The notes beneath the pieces are model-generated. The model was not told the DNA's origin. It was given only the letters and a program-made list of their open reading frames with translations, and did not search any database. From Acidobacteriota bacterium (lineage in GTDB: Bacteria > Acidobacteriota > Blastocatellia > RBC074): a DNA stretch of 26,007 nucleotides. Positions 9,183 through 17,689 of the stretch are shown in pieces. The first letter of the stretch is position 1; every line of letters starts with the position of its first letter. Position numbers and translations under genes: made by a program. The stretch spans positions 1 through 26,007 of the forward strand of contig JBDTUW010000001.1 of the NCBI GenBank assembly GCA_040007555.1, in the 5' to 3' direction.

Positions 9183-9788
9183 TCAGACTTTAATTCTCCG
9201 ATTAATCTCTTCGAGGTATTCCTGCGCCAGATTCTGATCCTTGATCGAGCCGAGGAGTGCTCCGGAAATCGCCGACAACAGCCACTGAAGCTCCTGTTCC
9301 GCGCGATTGACTGGAGCAACTCGCAGATTCAATTGCACCTTTGCGCAATCGTAAGGAACTCCAAGAGCACGTCCATCCAGCGGCGAGAGTTGAAAATAGA
9401 GAACCCCGATATGCCCCGTGGCGTCCGTTGACTCAGTTACCGGAAGCACCGCGGACTCGGGGGTACCGGCAATCCGCGCCGCGTAGTATGGGGGCGCGTC
9501 GGGTGGTGTCCCAAATGCGCTCTGAATCGACGCCAGCGTTGCCTTTACGGAGTGCGTAGTCCTTGGACGTCGTCCGGCGCCGATGACACTGAAGTCGCCA
9601 ACGAAAGCCAGGTGGCCGTTGATGATCCCACCTGCCGTTGGTTGAAATCGGTAATCGTATCGGCCGCCTGGCACTTCGATCTCACCGACGAACTCATCGC
9701 CGCGGAGGAGCGCGTGAATCGAGTGTAATCGCTTCCTGGGGGCCCCAACGGCCTTTGCGCGAATTGTCTGGCTTTGCATCGAGCCCAT
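9183..9788 (-). CDS. Hypothetical protein, 201 aa, co-oriented 5 nt downstream of the GMC gene
   Basis: Long ORF tightly coupled to the GMC stop; normal globular composition; no catalytic motif recognised. Confidence 0.7.
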   Translation of the reverse strand: MGSMQSQTIRAKAVGAPRKRLHSIHALLRGDEFVGEIEVPGGRYDYRFQPTAGGIINGHLAFVGDFSVIGAGRRPRTTHSVKATLASIQSAFGTPPDAPPYYAARIAGTPESAVLPVTESTDATGHIGVLYFQLSPLDGRALGVPYDCAKVQLNLRVAPVNRAEQELQWLLSAISGALLGSIKDQNLAQEYLEEINRRIKV

Positions 9789-9793
9789 TCCTC

Positions 9794-11497
9794 TTACAGG
9801 TTGCCCCGTTTGGTTTCGTCGACAATATACTCGCAGGCTCGCATTGTGAGAGCCAGGATGGTCAAGGTAGGGTTCTGGTTCGCCGAATTGATGAACGCTG
9901 CCCCGTCGGTCACAAACACATTCCTTACGTCGTGCATCTGATTGAACTTATTGAGGACGGATCGCTTGGGGTCGTCGCCCATGCGGGCAGTCCCGAGTTC
10001 GTGGATGATCCGTCCTGGCGCGGTCATTCTCCCTCCGGTGTCCGTCACCTCTGCGCCTGCAGCGCGGAGGATTTCCTCACTGGTCTCGGCAGCGTCCTTC
10101 GCCATTTCGCGTTCGTTGTCAGAATGCTGGATGTGGATTTTTAGCGCCGGCACACCCCAGGCGTCGACTACCCCGCCCGGATCGATCTCCGCGAAGTTCT
10201 CAAACCGTGAAAGCATCGCGGCGCGCGTCGTCATACTTACCGGAGCAGTGTAGTAACGACGCACCTGGCGCTTGAAGTCACTGCCAAAGCCTGGCAGGTT
10301 TCGAGCGACGCCCGGGAAAATCCCGGTGCCTGCCCCGCATTCAAAGCCATATCCACGAAGAAACCTCGGGTGCTGTGTCTTCTTGTCCAGATTACGGAAG
10401 CGAGGCACAAAAAGCCCCGACGCTTTCCCGTCTTCATATTCGGGTGTTCGTCCTTCGAGGACCTTGAAGAACCCGCTCGCCCCGATACCGCCGAAATGAT
10501 CAACCAGGTAATGCCCAAGAACGCCCGAGGAGTTGCCCAAACCGTTTGGATATTGTCGAGATTTTGAGTTGAGCAGCAGGCGGGTCGACTCCAGCGTGGA
10601 AGCCGCGACAATGATCACCTTTCCAAACGCCTCCCGCTCCTGATACGTCACCCGATCGACGAACGCGACACCTTTCGCCTTGCCGGTCCTGGTATCAACG
10701 ATGAGCTCTCGAACGACTGAGTTGGGGCGCAGGGTTAGGCGCCCCGTAGCCTTTGCTACTGGCAGCGTCGAAGCCACGGAATTGAACATGGCGCCAACGT
10801 CACAGCCGTTGCCGCAGTGACCACAATAATGGCAAACAGCGCGACCGGACTTCTGATGTACGGGTTTCGAGGCCGTCAACATGGCGACTCTCGAGACGAT
10901 TGCAGGGCGGCCCGTTTTCTCGGACCCGCGCCTGAGCATGTGCTCGCCACAGGTCAGCTTCATCGGCGGGAGAAACTTGCCGTCCGGCTGAAACCACAGA
11001 TTGTCCTGGTTGCCACTGACTCCAATGAACTCTTCGGCGCGATCGTAGTAGGGGGCGATCTCAGCGTAGCTGATCGGCCAATCGACATCGAAGCCGTCTT
11101 GACTGGCAGCCTTGAAATCGAGATCCGAGAAACGCCACGAAAGGCGGCCCCAATGCAGCGTCTTACCACCAACTATCCTGGCTCGGACCCAGACAAATGG
11201 TTTGCCTGGATCAGTCGTATATGGATGCTCAGTGTCCTTAACATAGAAGTGGCGGCTATACGCCGAGGCGGTGTCCTGCATCCATTGTTCATTCTGCTTC
11301 CAGCCGGGCGGGCCCGCACCACGGTACATCATCTCGTAGGGCCACTTGTGCGAGGTAAAGTCCCTCGCCGGATCGACCGGTGGGCCAGCCTCGAGCACCA
11401 GCACTTCAAACCCGGCCTCCGTCAACTCCTTGGCGGCCATCCCGCCCGAGGCGCCCGAGCCGACAATGATTGCGTCGTAGGTCTTTTGCCTTTGCAA
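9794..11497 (-). CDS. GMC-family FAD oxidoreductase (glycoside-3-dehydrogenase / gluconate-dehydrogenase-like large subunit)
   Basis: YDAIIVGSGASGG Rossmann motif, RARIVGG.TLHWGR, WPISY.EIAPYY..AE, Cys cluster CHYCGHCGNGC, HELGTARMG, NPTLTILAL. Start set at TTG 11497 (GGAGG 5 nt upstream) instead of 11575. Confidence 0.9.
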   Translation of the reverse strand: MQRQKTYDAIIVGSGASGGMAAKELTEAGFEVLVLEAGPPVDPARDFTSHKWPYEMMYRGAGPPGWKQNEQWMQDTASAYSRHFYVKDTEHPYTTDPGKPFVWVRARIVGGKTLHWGRLSWRFSDLDFKAASQDGFDVDWPISYAEIAPYYDRAEEFIGVSGNQDNLWFQPDGKFLPPMKLTCGEHMLRRGSEKTGRPAIVSRVAMLTASKPVHQKSGRAVCHYCGHCGNGCDVGAMFNSVASTLPVAKATGRLTLRPNSVVRELIVDTRTGKAKGVAFVDRVTYQEREAFGKVIIVAASTLESTRLLLNSKSRQYPNGLGNSSGVLGHYLVDHFGGIGASGFFKVLEGRTPEYEDGKASGLFVPRFRNLDKKTQHPRFLRGYGFECGAGTGIFPGVARNLPGFGSDFKRQVRRYYTAPVSMTTRAAMLSRFENFAEIDPGGVVDAWGVPALKIHIQHSDNEREMAKDAAETSEEILRAAGAEVTDTGGRMTAPGRIIHELGTARMGDDPKRSVLNKFNQMHDVRNVFVTDGAAFINSANQNPTLTILALTMRACEYIVDETKRGNL

Positions 11498-11556
11498 AAT
11501 TGCCTCCGGATAGATTGGCGATGATTCAATAGTCTTGAGAAGAACCCGGCAAGCAG

Positions 11557-11585
11557 AAACTAGCACAGCCCACATGCCGGATCAA
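11557..11585 (-). promoter_or_regulatory. Candidate sigma70 promoter of the GMC operon
   Basis: Minus strand TTGATC-N17-TAGTTT with TG one base before the -10 (extended -10); supports the TTG start at 11497. Confidence 0.4.
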
Positions 11586-11754
11586 GGTGCACTCGCCCAT
11601 GCTTCCGTGCGCGATTCGCAGCGCGCCAGGTCTGTGTTTCACACCTACTTCCAGGAAGAAGGACTCTGCGGCTGCGCAGTGCAATGAAACATCGCAGCTA
11701 TCCAGAGGGCTACCGGACGGAGGGTCTGGGGCCGCCGCCGGCGGGCAAGGATTA

Positions 11755-11846
11755 GGGGGAAGGGGAGACGGGGAGGGGAGACTCGGTTGCGCCATCAGTT
11801 GAATGGATTGCCCATCTCCCTGTCTCCCCTGCCCCTTGCTTCTCCC
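11755..11846. repeat. G-rich/C-rich imperfect inverted repeat with quadruplex-type G-runs
   Basis: GGGGG-AA-GGGG-AGAC-GGGG-A-GGGG at 11755-11778; arm 11756-11775 matches the reverse complement of 11816-11835 at 18/20. Confidence 0.6.
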
Positions 11847-11859
11847 ATCGCGCGAGTTT

Positions 11860-12123
11860 ATGATTTTCACGGTGCCAAGAGAGATCAGAATCGAGATCAA
11901 CAGCCGGGATGCCTTCTGGCGGAACGCGTTCAAAGTTGAATGGGACTTCCAGTATCCGCAGCGTAAATTGAGCGAAGAGACGCCGGGATTCTTTTGCATT
12001 CCGGAGAGTTGGCTGCCCGATGTTGAACGTGTCGGTAAACAGTGTTTCTCGAATGTAAAACTGGCACCGAGTGATCCTGGACGACGGAACATTTTCCGGC
12101 TGATCCTTTCGCGGCAAAAGTGA
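11860..12123 (+). CDS. Small hypothetical protein, 87 aa (MIFTVPREIRIEINSRDAFWRNAFKVEWDFQYP...)
   Basis: Fills otherwise empty space, co-oriented 54 nt upstream of the Tat-subunit gene; protein-like composition from the second Met; the track's upstream 19 codons are the C-rich repeat; weak RBS. Confidence 0.5.
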   Translation: MIFTVPREIRIEINSRDAFWRNAFKVEWDFQYPQRKLSEETPGFFCIPESWLPDVERVGKQCFSNVKLAPSDPGRRNIFRLILSRQK

Positions 12124-12177
12124 TCTCACTCGCATTGGTTGCCAGGACTCAGGAAAAAAAGGAAAGGGAACGCAACG

Positions 12178-12777
12178 ATGTCAGACGATAACAGTGTCTC
12201 GCGACGTGATGCTCTCAAGGGACTGGCGATCGGCCTCAGTCTCCCAGTGCTGAATACCAATGCACTCGCGCAGCAGGGTCATTCCCACGAGGGTCACGGT
12301 GCCTCCACACAGACTGCGGAGGTAAAGGCCGGGCCACCAAAGTTCTTTAACGCACAGCAGATGACGCTGATTGCGACGATCTCAGAGTTGATCATTCCGA
12401 CCGACGACCACTCACCCGGTGCCATCGCCGCTGAAGTCCCTTCATTTACCGATTTGATGGTCAGCGAGTCTCCTGCCGAGACCAAGAAACTCTGGACCGA
12501 TGGCCTGGCCGCCGTCGATGCCCTCAGCCGAAATAAGAATCAGGCAGCATTCGACAAGGCGACTGCCGCTCAGCAGATCGCACTCCTGAGCGAAATCAGC
12601 AAGAATGAGAAAAGCCCGCAGACTCTTGAAGAGCGCTTCTTCCGCGCCATCAAGAATATGACCATCGATGGTTACTACACATCGAAGGTCGGCATCCACC
12701 AGGACCTGCAGTACAAGGGAAACACGTACCTCAAGGAATTCAAGGGGTGCACACACCCGGAACACATTAACGGTTAG
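12178..12777 (+). CDS. Gluconate 2-dehydrogenase subunit 3 family protein (Tat-exported partner of GMC enzymes)
   Basis: Twin-arginine signal SRRDALKG, His-rich linker, family motifs FF...Q..LI..I.ELIIP.D..SPGA..A.V..F, FF..IKNMTIDGYYTS.VG; start set at ATG 12178. Confidence 0.85.
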   Translation: MSDDNSVSRRDALKGLAIGLSLPVLNTNALAQQGHSHEGHGASTQTAEVKAGPPKFFNAQQMTLIATISELIIPTDDHSPGAIAAEVPSFTDLMVSESPAETKKLWTDGLAAVDALSRNKNQAAFDKATAAQQIALLSEISKNEKSPQTLEERFFRAIKNMTIDGYYTSKVGIHQDLQYKGNTYLKEFKGCTHPEHING

Positions 12778-12797
12778 CGCCCGCATCGATCAGTCCC

Positions 12798-12835
12798 AAA
12801 AAAGCCGCAGCGAACATCAGGTTCTCTGCGGCTTT
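12798..12835 (-). terminator. Rho-independent terminator, probably bidirectional
   Basis: AAAGCCGCAG (12801-12810) / CTGCGGCTTT (12826-12835) perfect 10-bp stem plus inner GAAC/GTTC; six-U tail on the minus strand; lies between convergent stops 12777 and 12859. Confidence 0.7.
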
Positions 12836-12858
12836 CGTGCTTTTGCAGAAACGAAATG

Positions 12859-15849
12859 CTAGATGCGATACTTTCTCATAAGCAGGAAGGTGTAGACTTC
12901 GGCGCCGAGCGCGAGTATCCCGCGTACGACCATGAGCGTGGATAATCCGAATTGCTGAAAGATCAGGCCGGCGACTTGTGGGAAGATGAGGTCTGACGAG
13001 TCTACACCCAGTTCGAGGATACCCATCGTCCTCCCGCGGCGTGCGAGATTAAAGCTCGAGACTTTGGCGGCAACCGCACCCCAGGTTGGCTTGAATGCGG
13101 CCTTTCCGATCTCGTCGAGGCCTCGCGCGAATCCGAGCATGACTCCAAAGAACACGCTCCCGGTAAAGAAGGACGTGACCCAGAATACCACTGAAGTGAC
13201 GATGCTCGAGATCGACCTGAGCGCGATCACCTTTCCGGCACCGATGCGATCCGCCACCCAGCCAAAAAATGGACCGAAGAAGAGCGGAATGAACATCTCG
13301 GCGATGAGTTTGATCCACCATAGTGCCTTGGCCGTCACTGAGAGCTTGACTGCAAGTATGATGAAGAACTCGCCGGTCACCATATACGCCGGTGCAGTCA
13401 GGACAGTGCCAAGAAAGGCGAATGCCCAGACACTCGGGGCCTTCTCGGTTGGCGCCTCGACAATGTCCTGGTGGATTTCCGGCTGTTTCTTTTTCGACTT
13501 TTCTTTCTTCTTCTCCTTGATAAAGATCATGACGAGGACGACCGACACTGCCGAGAAAGCGGTCGACAGCAGGAAGATCATCGTCAGCGTCTTCCGAAGG
13601 GCTAACCCATCGACCAAGTCTGGCAGGTTGTCGAGAGGTACTTCGCTGAGCTTGACCTGACGTTCCTCGACTCGAATGATACGTTGGCTGGCGACCTCCG
13701 CTGGAATCGATTGTTCGCCCGCTCGTCCGATGATGCGCTCGACTTGTCCTGTTGGCCGGGAGGTGTCTTCGATGATGGCTACTCTCGCGTTGATCGTTGG
13801 ACTCGCTATAAAGACAGCGAGCAGGACAGGCAACAACCAGATTGTAAGAGTCTCGCCAATACTACCCGATGTCGATTTTGTGGTTGTGTACCACGAATAC
13901 GCCTTTGCGATGTTCTTTTCGTCCGTATGATCGGCAATCATCGCCGAAGCCGAAGGTCCTTTTGCGGAATCGGCGATGCCGCGAATGGCGCTTGCGATAA
14001 AGAGAAGCGGAAGATTGGCAACCGCAAATAGCAGGCTGACAACGGTGCGAGTTACGAGCGACAAGACGAATATCTTCTTTTTCCCAAAACGATCCGCCAT
14101 TCCCCCAAAAAGCGGTCGAAGCGCCAGCGGTACGACGTTCTGGATCAGTACCAGCCCCATCACAGAACTGATCTTCAGATTGAAAACCAGCAGCGCGTAC
14201 AGGGGAACCCCGATCTTAACCAACCCGCCCGAGACTCGCGAGAGGAAGGCCTCTGCCATGAGTGCAATCACAACAGGGCTGAAGACGCCACCTCCCTTCT
14301 CCTCCGCCTCGGCGACCACCGTCGGGAAATATGCCTCGCCGGCGGCAACGGGAGCGGGCGCGCTTGGAACCACAACGGGTCTGACAGAGAGAAGGCCGGT
14401 CGCCTTCTGGATGACATTTCCGAAGACTCCGCCGTTGACACCGGCGGCGGCTTCAAGTTCCGCGGCAAAATGCAGCGCAGTCGGCTGCCGCTGGGCAGGC
14501 TCCTTTGACAGGGCGCGGTTGACTACGGCCGCGACGCTCTCGTCAAGATCCGGCCGACTCTCCGAGAGATCAGGTGGGGCGAAACTAATGTGTGCCTGCG
14601 CCATCTCGGCACGCGTGGCTGCGTTGAAGGGGAGCGCGCCGGTCAATACTTCAAAAAGCATGACGCCGAGAGAATAGACATCGGATCGCGAGTCCAGTGG
14701 GCGGTTGAGCCACATCTCCGGCGACATGTATGCCGCTGGTCCTTCCGCGCTCGCGACGCCTGCCATGGTTCCGCCTGCGCCCGCGCCCGCATCGAGTTTG
14801 GCCAGTCCGGTGCTGCCAACTTTGACCACCTCGCGGCCATCCACCAGTCGCTCAATGCGAATCGTGTCCGGAGTTACATCGCGAAGTACGATCCCACTCA
14901 AATGGGCCGCGTGTACCGCACCGCAGATCTGATTGAAAATACTCACCACTCGAGAGAGGGTCAGTCCTCGCTCAGCCTTTATCAGATCCCGCAGTGTTTG
15001 CCCGCTGAGTAACTCCTCGACAATATATACGGCGCCATCCGGCGAGGTAACAAAGTCAAATATCTGGACAGAATTTGGATGACGGATTCGCGTGGCCACC
15101 AGGGCTTGACGCCGGAACCGGTCGAGCGCCTGCCGGTTGTTTATCAGCGAAGGTCGCAGGATTCGGATCGCGACAGTATCGCCAAGAGCAATCCGCCGCG
15201 CGCGGTAAAGAGCGCCAAGTGAATCGTGACCGAGCAGTGCCTCGAGCCGGTAACGGCCATCAAGCGCGAGACCCTGGGATCCCACCACTTCGGCCGGCGC
15301 TGAAGGCAGCGCCAGCTCACCGGTTGCCTGGACCGAGTAGGCGGAGCGTGCCACAACTGGTGGCTGCGCTGGTGCCCTCGGTGGAGAGTGAGGAACGTCG
15401 AGTCTGACCTCGGCGGGGTCTCGCACCGGCTCCTTTTTTAGCGGCACAGCCTGATAGACAAGCTTCGTACGGCCGATCTCGATCTGGTCGCCCACGCGCA
15501 ACGCGTGTTCGCCAGGCCCAAGACGCTTGCCATTGATCAGGACGCCATTGGTGCTTTGAGTGTCGCTGAGGAAATAGTGGCCGTCCTGAAACTTGATTTG
15601 CGCGTGATGGCGGCTGGCGGCCTTATCTGAGAGGACAATAGTGTTGTCCTGCGCGGCGCCAATCGAGACGAGCGCCCCCGTCAGAAGCAGCTCGCGCTGC
15701 TTCCCGTCAGGCAGATGCAGGATGAGACGCGACGCCTGCGAAGACCGGGCCGGTCTTGAAGAAGCGGCCACAATGAGGCGAGTGCCGTCGGTCGTGCAGA
15801 ACTGTTCGTTATCAGCGTACTCGTGGTGGCAAACCGAACACAGTTTCAA
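12859..15849 (-). CDS. Fusion protein, 996 aa: zinc-ribbon-like leader, FHA domain, Ser/Thr pseudokinase, 12-TM MFS transporter
   Basis: TTG start with GGAG RBS; CxxC...FCxxDG (aa 4-22); FHA aa ~41-133 ([14 protein letters not shown]); Hanks fold aa ~200-468 (HPN, YMSPE, SDVYSLG..LFE.LTG..PF) with catalytic motifs altered; MFS aa ~524-996 with motif A in both halves ([22 protein letters not shown]). Confidence 0.9.
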   Translation of the reverse strand: MKLCSVCHHEYADNEQFCTTDGTRLIVAASSRPARSSQASRLILHLPDGKQRELLLTGALVSIGAAQDNTIVLSDKAASRHHAQIKFQDGHYFLSDTQSTNGVLINGKRLGPGEHALRVGDQIEIGRTKLVYQAVPLKKEPVRDPAEVRLDVPHSPPRAPAQPPVVARSAYSVQATGELALPSAPAEVVGSQGLALDGRYRLEALLGHDSLGALYRARRIALGDTVAIRILRPSLINNRQALDRFRRQALVATRIRHPNSVQIFDFVTSPDGAVYIVEELLSGQTLRDLIKAERGLTLSRVVSIFNQICGAVHAAHLSGIVLRDVTPDTIRIERLVDGREVVKVGSTGLAKLDAGAGAGGTMAGVASAEGPAAYMSPEMWLNRPLDSRSDVYSLGVMLFEVLTGALPFNAATRAEMAQAHISFAPPDLSESRPDLDESVAAVVNRALSKEPAQRQPTALHFAAELEAAAGVNGGVFGNVIQKATGLLSVRPVVVPSAPAPVAAGEAYFPTVVAEAEEKGGGVFSPVVIALMAEAFLSRVSGGLVKIGVPLYALLVFNLKISSVMGLVLIQNVVPLALRPLFGGMADRFGKKKIFVLSLVTRTVVSLLFAVANLPLLFIASAIRGIADSAKGPSASAMIADHTDEKNIAKAYSWYTTTKSTSGSIGETLTIWLLPVLLAVFIASPTINARVAIIEDTSRPTGQVERIIGRAGEQSIPAEVASQRIIRVEERQVKLSEVPLDNLPDLVDGLALRKTLTMIFLLSTAFSAVSVVLVMIFIKEKKKEKSKKKQPEIHQDIVEAPTEKAPSVWAFAFLGTVLTAPAYMVTGEFFIILAVKLSVTAKALWWIKLIAEMFIPLFFGPFFGWVADRIGAGKVIALRSISSIVTSVVFWVTSFFTGSVFFGVMLGFARGLDEIGKAAFKPTWGAVAAKVSSFNLARRGRTMGILELGVDSSDLIFPQVAGLIFQQFGLSTLMVVRGILALGAEVYTFLLMRKYRI

Positions 15850-15871
15850 CGAATTCTCCGGAATAACGCAT

Positions 15872-15902
15872 GAGTTTCATACCGCCGGATCCCGTGAAAC
15901 TC
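15872..15902. other. 8-bp inverted repeat just upstream of the fusion gene
   Basis: GAGTTTCA (15872-15879), 15 nt, TGAAACTC (15895-15902); operator or mRNA hairpin, function unknown. Confidence 0.3.
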
Positions 15903-15961
15903 GTCTGGTCGGATGAAATCGAAAAGTTGTGTTTTTGAGAACCTTGATCGATGGCGAAGAA

Positions 15962-17524
15962 CTACTTCTTGCCCTTCTTCTTCTTCCCGCCATTGCCCGC
16001 CGCTGCCTTCTCCCCGGTCGTGCTACTCGCGACTACGGGTGACGGCCCGGACGCATTCATCGCCCGGTTGATATCGGACCAGCGATAGACAGCGATACGG
16101 TAGTTGCACTGATCCGCGATCGCGACATAGGTCTCACCCGATGCTGCGTCAGTATGGCTCGCAATCGCGTCGGGCGAGCAGAAGTATCCGGGTGGATTTG
16201 CCTGTCCTGGGATAATGGAGCCGTCCTTGACCCTTTGCTGAAGGGCGACATTGGTCTTGTCTTCAAAATTCACCAGCGGTGGATGACCGAAGAATCCGCG
16301 ATAGGCGGTAGCCTTGCGCGGGCGCGCCGAGTAGGCCGCAATATCCGAATTGAAAATGTCCGGGCGGGCCAGCTCAAATATCTGAATCTGTCCGACGCTC
16401 TCGTCAACGGCCAGCAAGTGGCTGCCACCGACAATCGTCAGTCCCTCGATCGCGCCGGAAAATACTGACGAGCCTCCGGGCAGGCCATCCGCTCCAAGCG
16501 ATTTCCCGACCAATTGGTTTTTGTAGGCACCGGTTTCGAGATCGAATACCTGGACAACCGCATCCTTCTCACTGGCGATATAGAGGTTTCCGCGAGTTTC
16601 GTCGAATGCGATTCCCTCGCAGCCGTGGAGATACGTGCTGCCATCGGGACGGGCCTGTTCGAACTTAAAGCTCGGATCCAGCCTGAAGTCAGATGTGAAC
16701 CGCTTCACCTCATTCAGATGTGCATCTACCAGGTAGACGCGGCCCTGAGCATCCACTGCAATTCCACCGAGTTTGCCAAAGCCTTGTTCGCCGAAACGCG
16801 TACCTTTGAATTGAAAGTCATAAGGTCCGAGGGGCTTGCCCTTTTCGTTTACGGCACCAGGAGTTGGCGGCTCAAAGAGATACGCCAGATTGAGAACCTG
16901 GTCGGTGACGAAGACCTTGTCATCGGGTGTGACCGCGATGTCGACCACTTCTCCGCCAAAGACGCCGTGACCGAACTCACCGAGATAGGTCCGCGATTGA
17001 ACGTCCCATATCTGAATGCGCCTGTTCTTCGCGTCTGTTGCGAGCAGCCAGCCATTCTTGAGAAATGCGACACCGTCCGGTTTGTCGAAGTCTGCCGCAG
17101 TCTTGCCGGGGCGGCCACTACCGAGGACCGAGTGAGGCGTGACCTCAAGGCTCCAAACAGACTTTGCCTGAGGAGCAGCTGCAGCGACCGGCTGCGATGG
17201 AGCGGGGCGAGCAGCTACCGGCGGAGCCGCCTCAGGTGCGGCGGGTGCCGCGACCGCGGCGGGTGCCGCGACTACGGCGGGTGCCGCGACTACCGCTGGT
17301 GCCGCGACTACGGCGGGTGCCGCGACTGCGGCGGGTGCCGCGACTACGGCGGGTGCCGCGACTGCGGCGGGTGCCGCGACTGCCTCCGCCTGTTTCTTCT
17401 TTCCTTTCCCCTTCTGCTTCTTTTGAAGCGAAACGGGTGTGGCATTCGACGTGCCGGGCAGAGCAGTCGCCGCGAACGAGCCGAAGAGAACGGAGATGAT
17501 GAGGAACTTAAAGTATGGTTTCAT
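15962..17524 (-). CDS. Secreted NHL-type beta-propeller protein with Ala/Pro/Val repeat linker and Lys-rich ends
   Basis: GAGGAGG RBS; signal peptide; (VAAPA[AV])x8; about six blades ([57 protein letters not shown]...IADQCNYRI). Confidence 0.85.
   Translation of the reverse strand: MKPYFKFLIISVLFGSFAATALPGTSNATPVSLQKKQKGKGKKKQAEAVAAPAAVAAPAVVAAPAAVAAPAVVAAPAVVAAPAVVAAPAAVAAPAAPEAAPPVAARPAPSQPVAAAAPQAKSVWSLEVTPHSVLGSGRPGKTAADFDKPDGVAFLKNGWLLATDAKNRRIQIWDVQSRTYLGEFGHGVFGGEVVDIAVTPDDKVFVTDQVLNLAYLFEPPTPGAVNEKGKPLGPYDFQFKGTRFGEQGFGKLGGIAVDAQGRVYLVDAHLNEVKRFTSDFRLDPSFKFEQARPDGSTYLHGCEGIAFDETRGNLYIASEKDAVVQVFDLETGAYKNQLVGKSLGADGLPGGSSVFSGAIEGLTIVGGSHLLAVDESVGQIQIFELARPDIFNSDIAAYSARPRKATAYRGFFGHPPLVNFEDKTNVALQQRVKDGSIIPGQANPPGYFCSPDAIASHTDAASGETYVAIADQCNYRIAVYRWSDINRAMNASGPSPVVASSTTGEKAAAGNGGKKKKGKK
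17238..17381. repeat. Coding tandem repeat, 8 x 18 bp (consensus RCGGCGGGTGCCGCGACT)
   Basis: Eight consecutive units counted directly; encodes [12 protein letters not shown] on the minus strand. Confidence 0.95.
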
Positions 17525-17582
17525 GAAGGGGCCTCCTCGCGACCGGCACAGGCGTGCGGTTGTTGGGTTAAAAATCGGGAGA

Positions 17583-17611
17583 AGTCTAGCCGCTGGACCG
17601 GAGATTTACAA
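17583..17611 (-). promoter_or_regulatory. Candidate sigma70 promoter of the NHL / FHA-pseudokinase-MFS unit
   Basis: Minus strand TTGTAA-N17-TAGACT, immediately after the terminator that follows the phytase. Confidence 0.5.
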
Positions 17612-17614
17612 CTG

Positions 17615-17665
17615 AAAAGGAAAAGCGCGCCAGATGTGATCCTTAACGATCTCACCCCGGCGCGC
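17615..17665 (-). terminator. Rho-independent terminator after the phytase gene
   Basis: GCGCGCC/GGCGCGC stem (17625-17631 / 17659-17665) with partial inner pairing, followed on the minus strand by TTTTCCTTTT. Confidence 0.55.
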
Positions 17666-17689
17666 AGTTCGATTCCCGTTGGCCCTTGT

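Noticed and set aside
10817-11524. 235-aa plus-strand ORF
   Set aside because: Antisense to the GMC oxidoreductase; no motifs
11580-11690. LRIAHGSMGEC within the 188-aa minus ORF, resembling the IAxGSxxE motif of four-helix-bundle proteins
   Set aside because: Only one short motif matches, spacing is imperfect, there is no plausible start, and the segment abuts the predicted GMC promoter
12986-14677. 224-aa and 233-aa plus-strand ORFs
   Set aside because: Antisense to the MFS part of the fusion; typical Thr/Ser-rich shadows of hydrophobic genes
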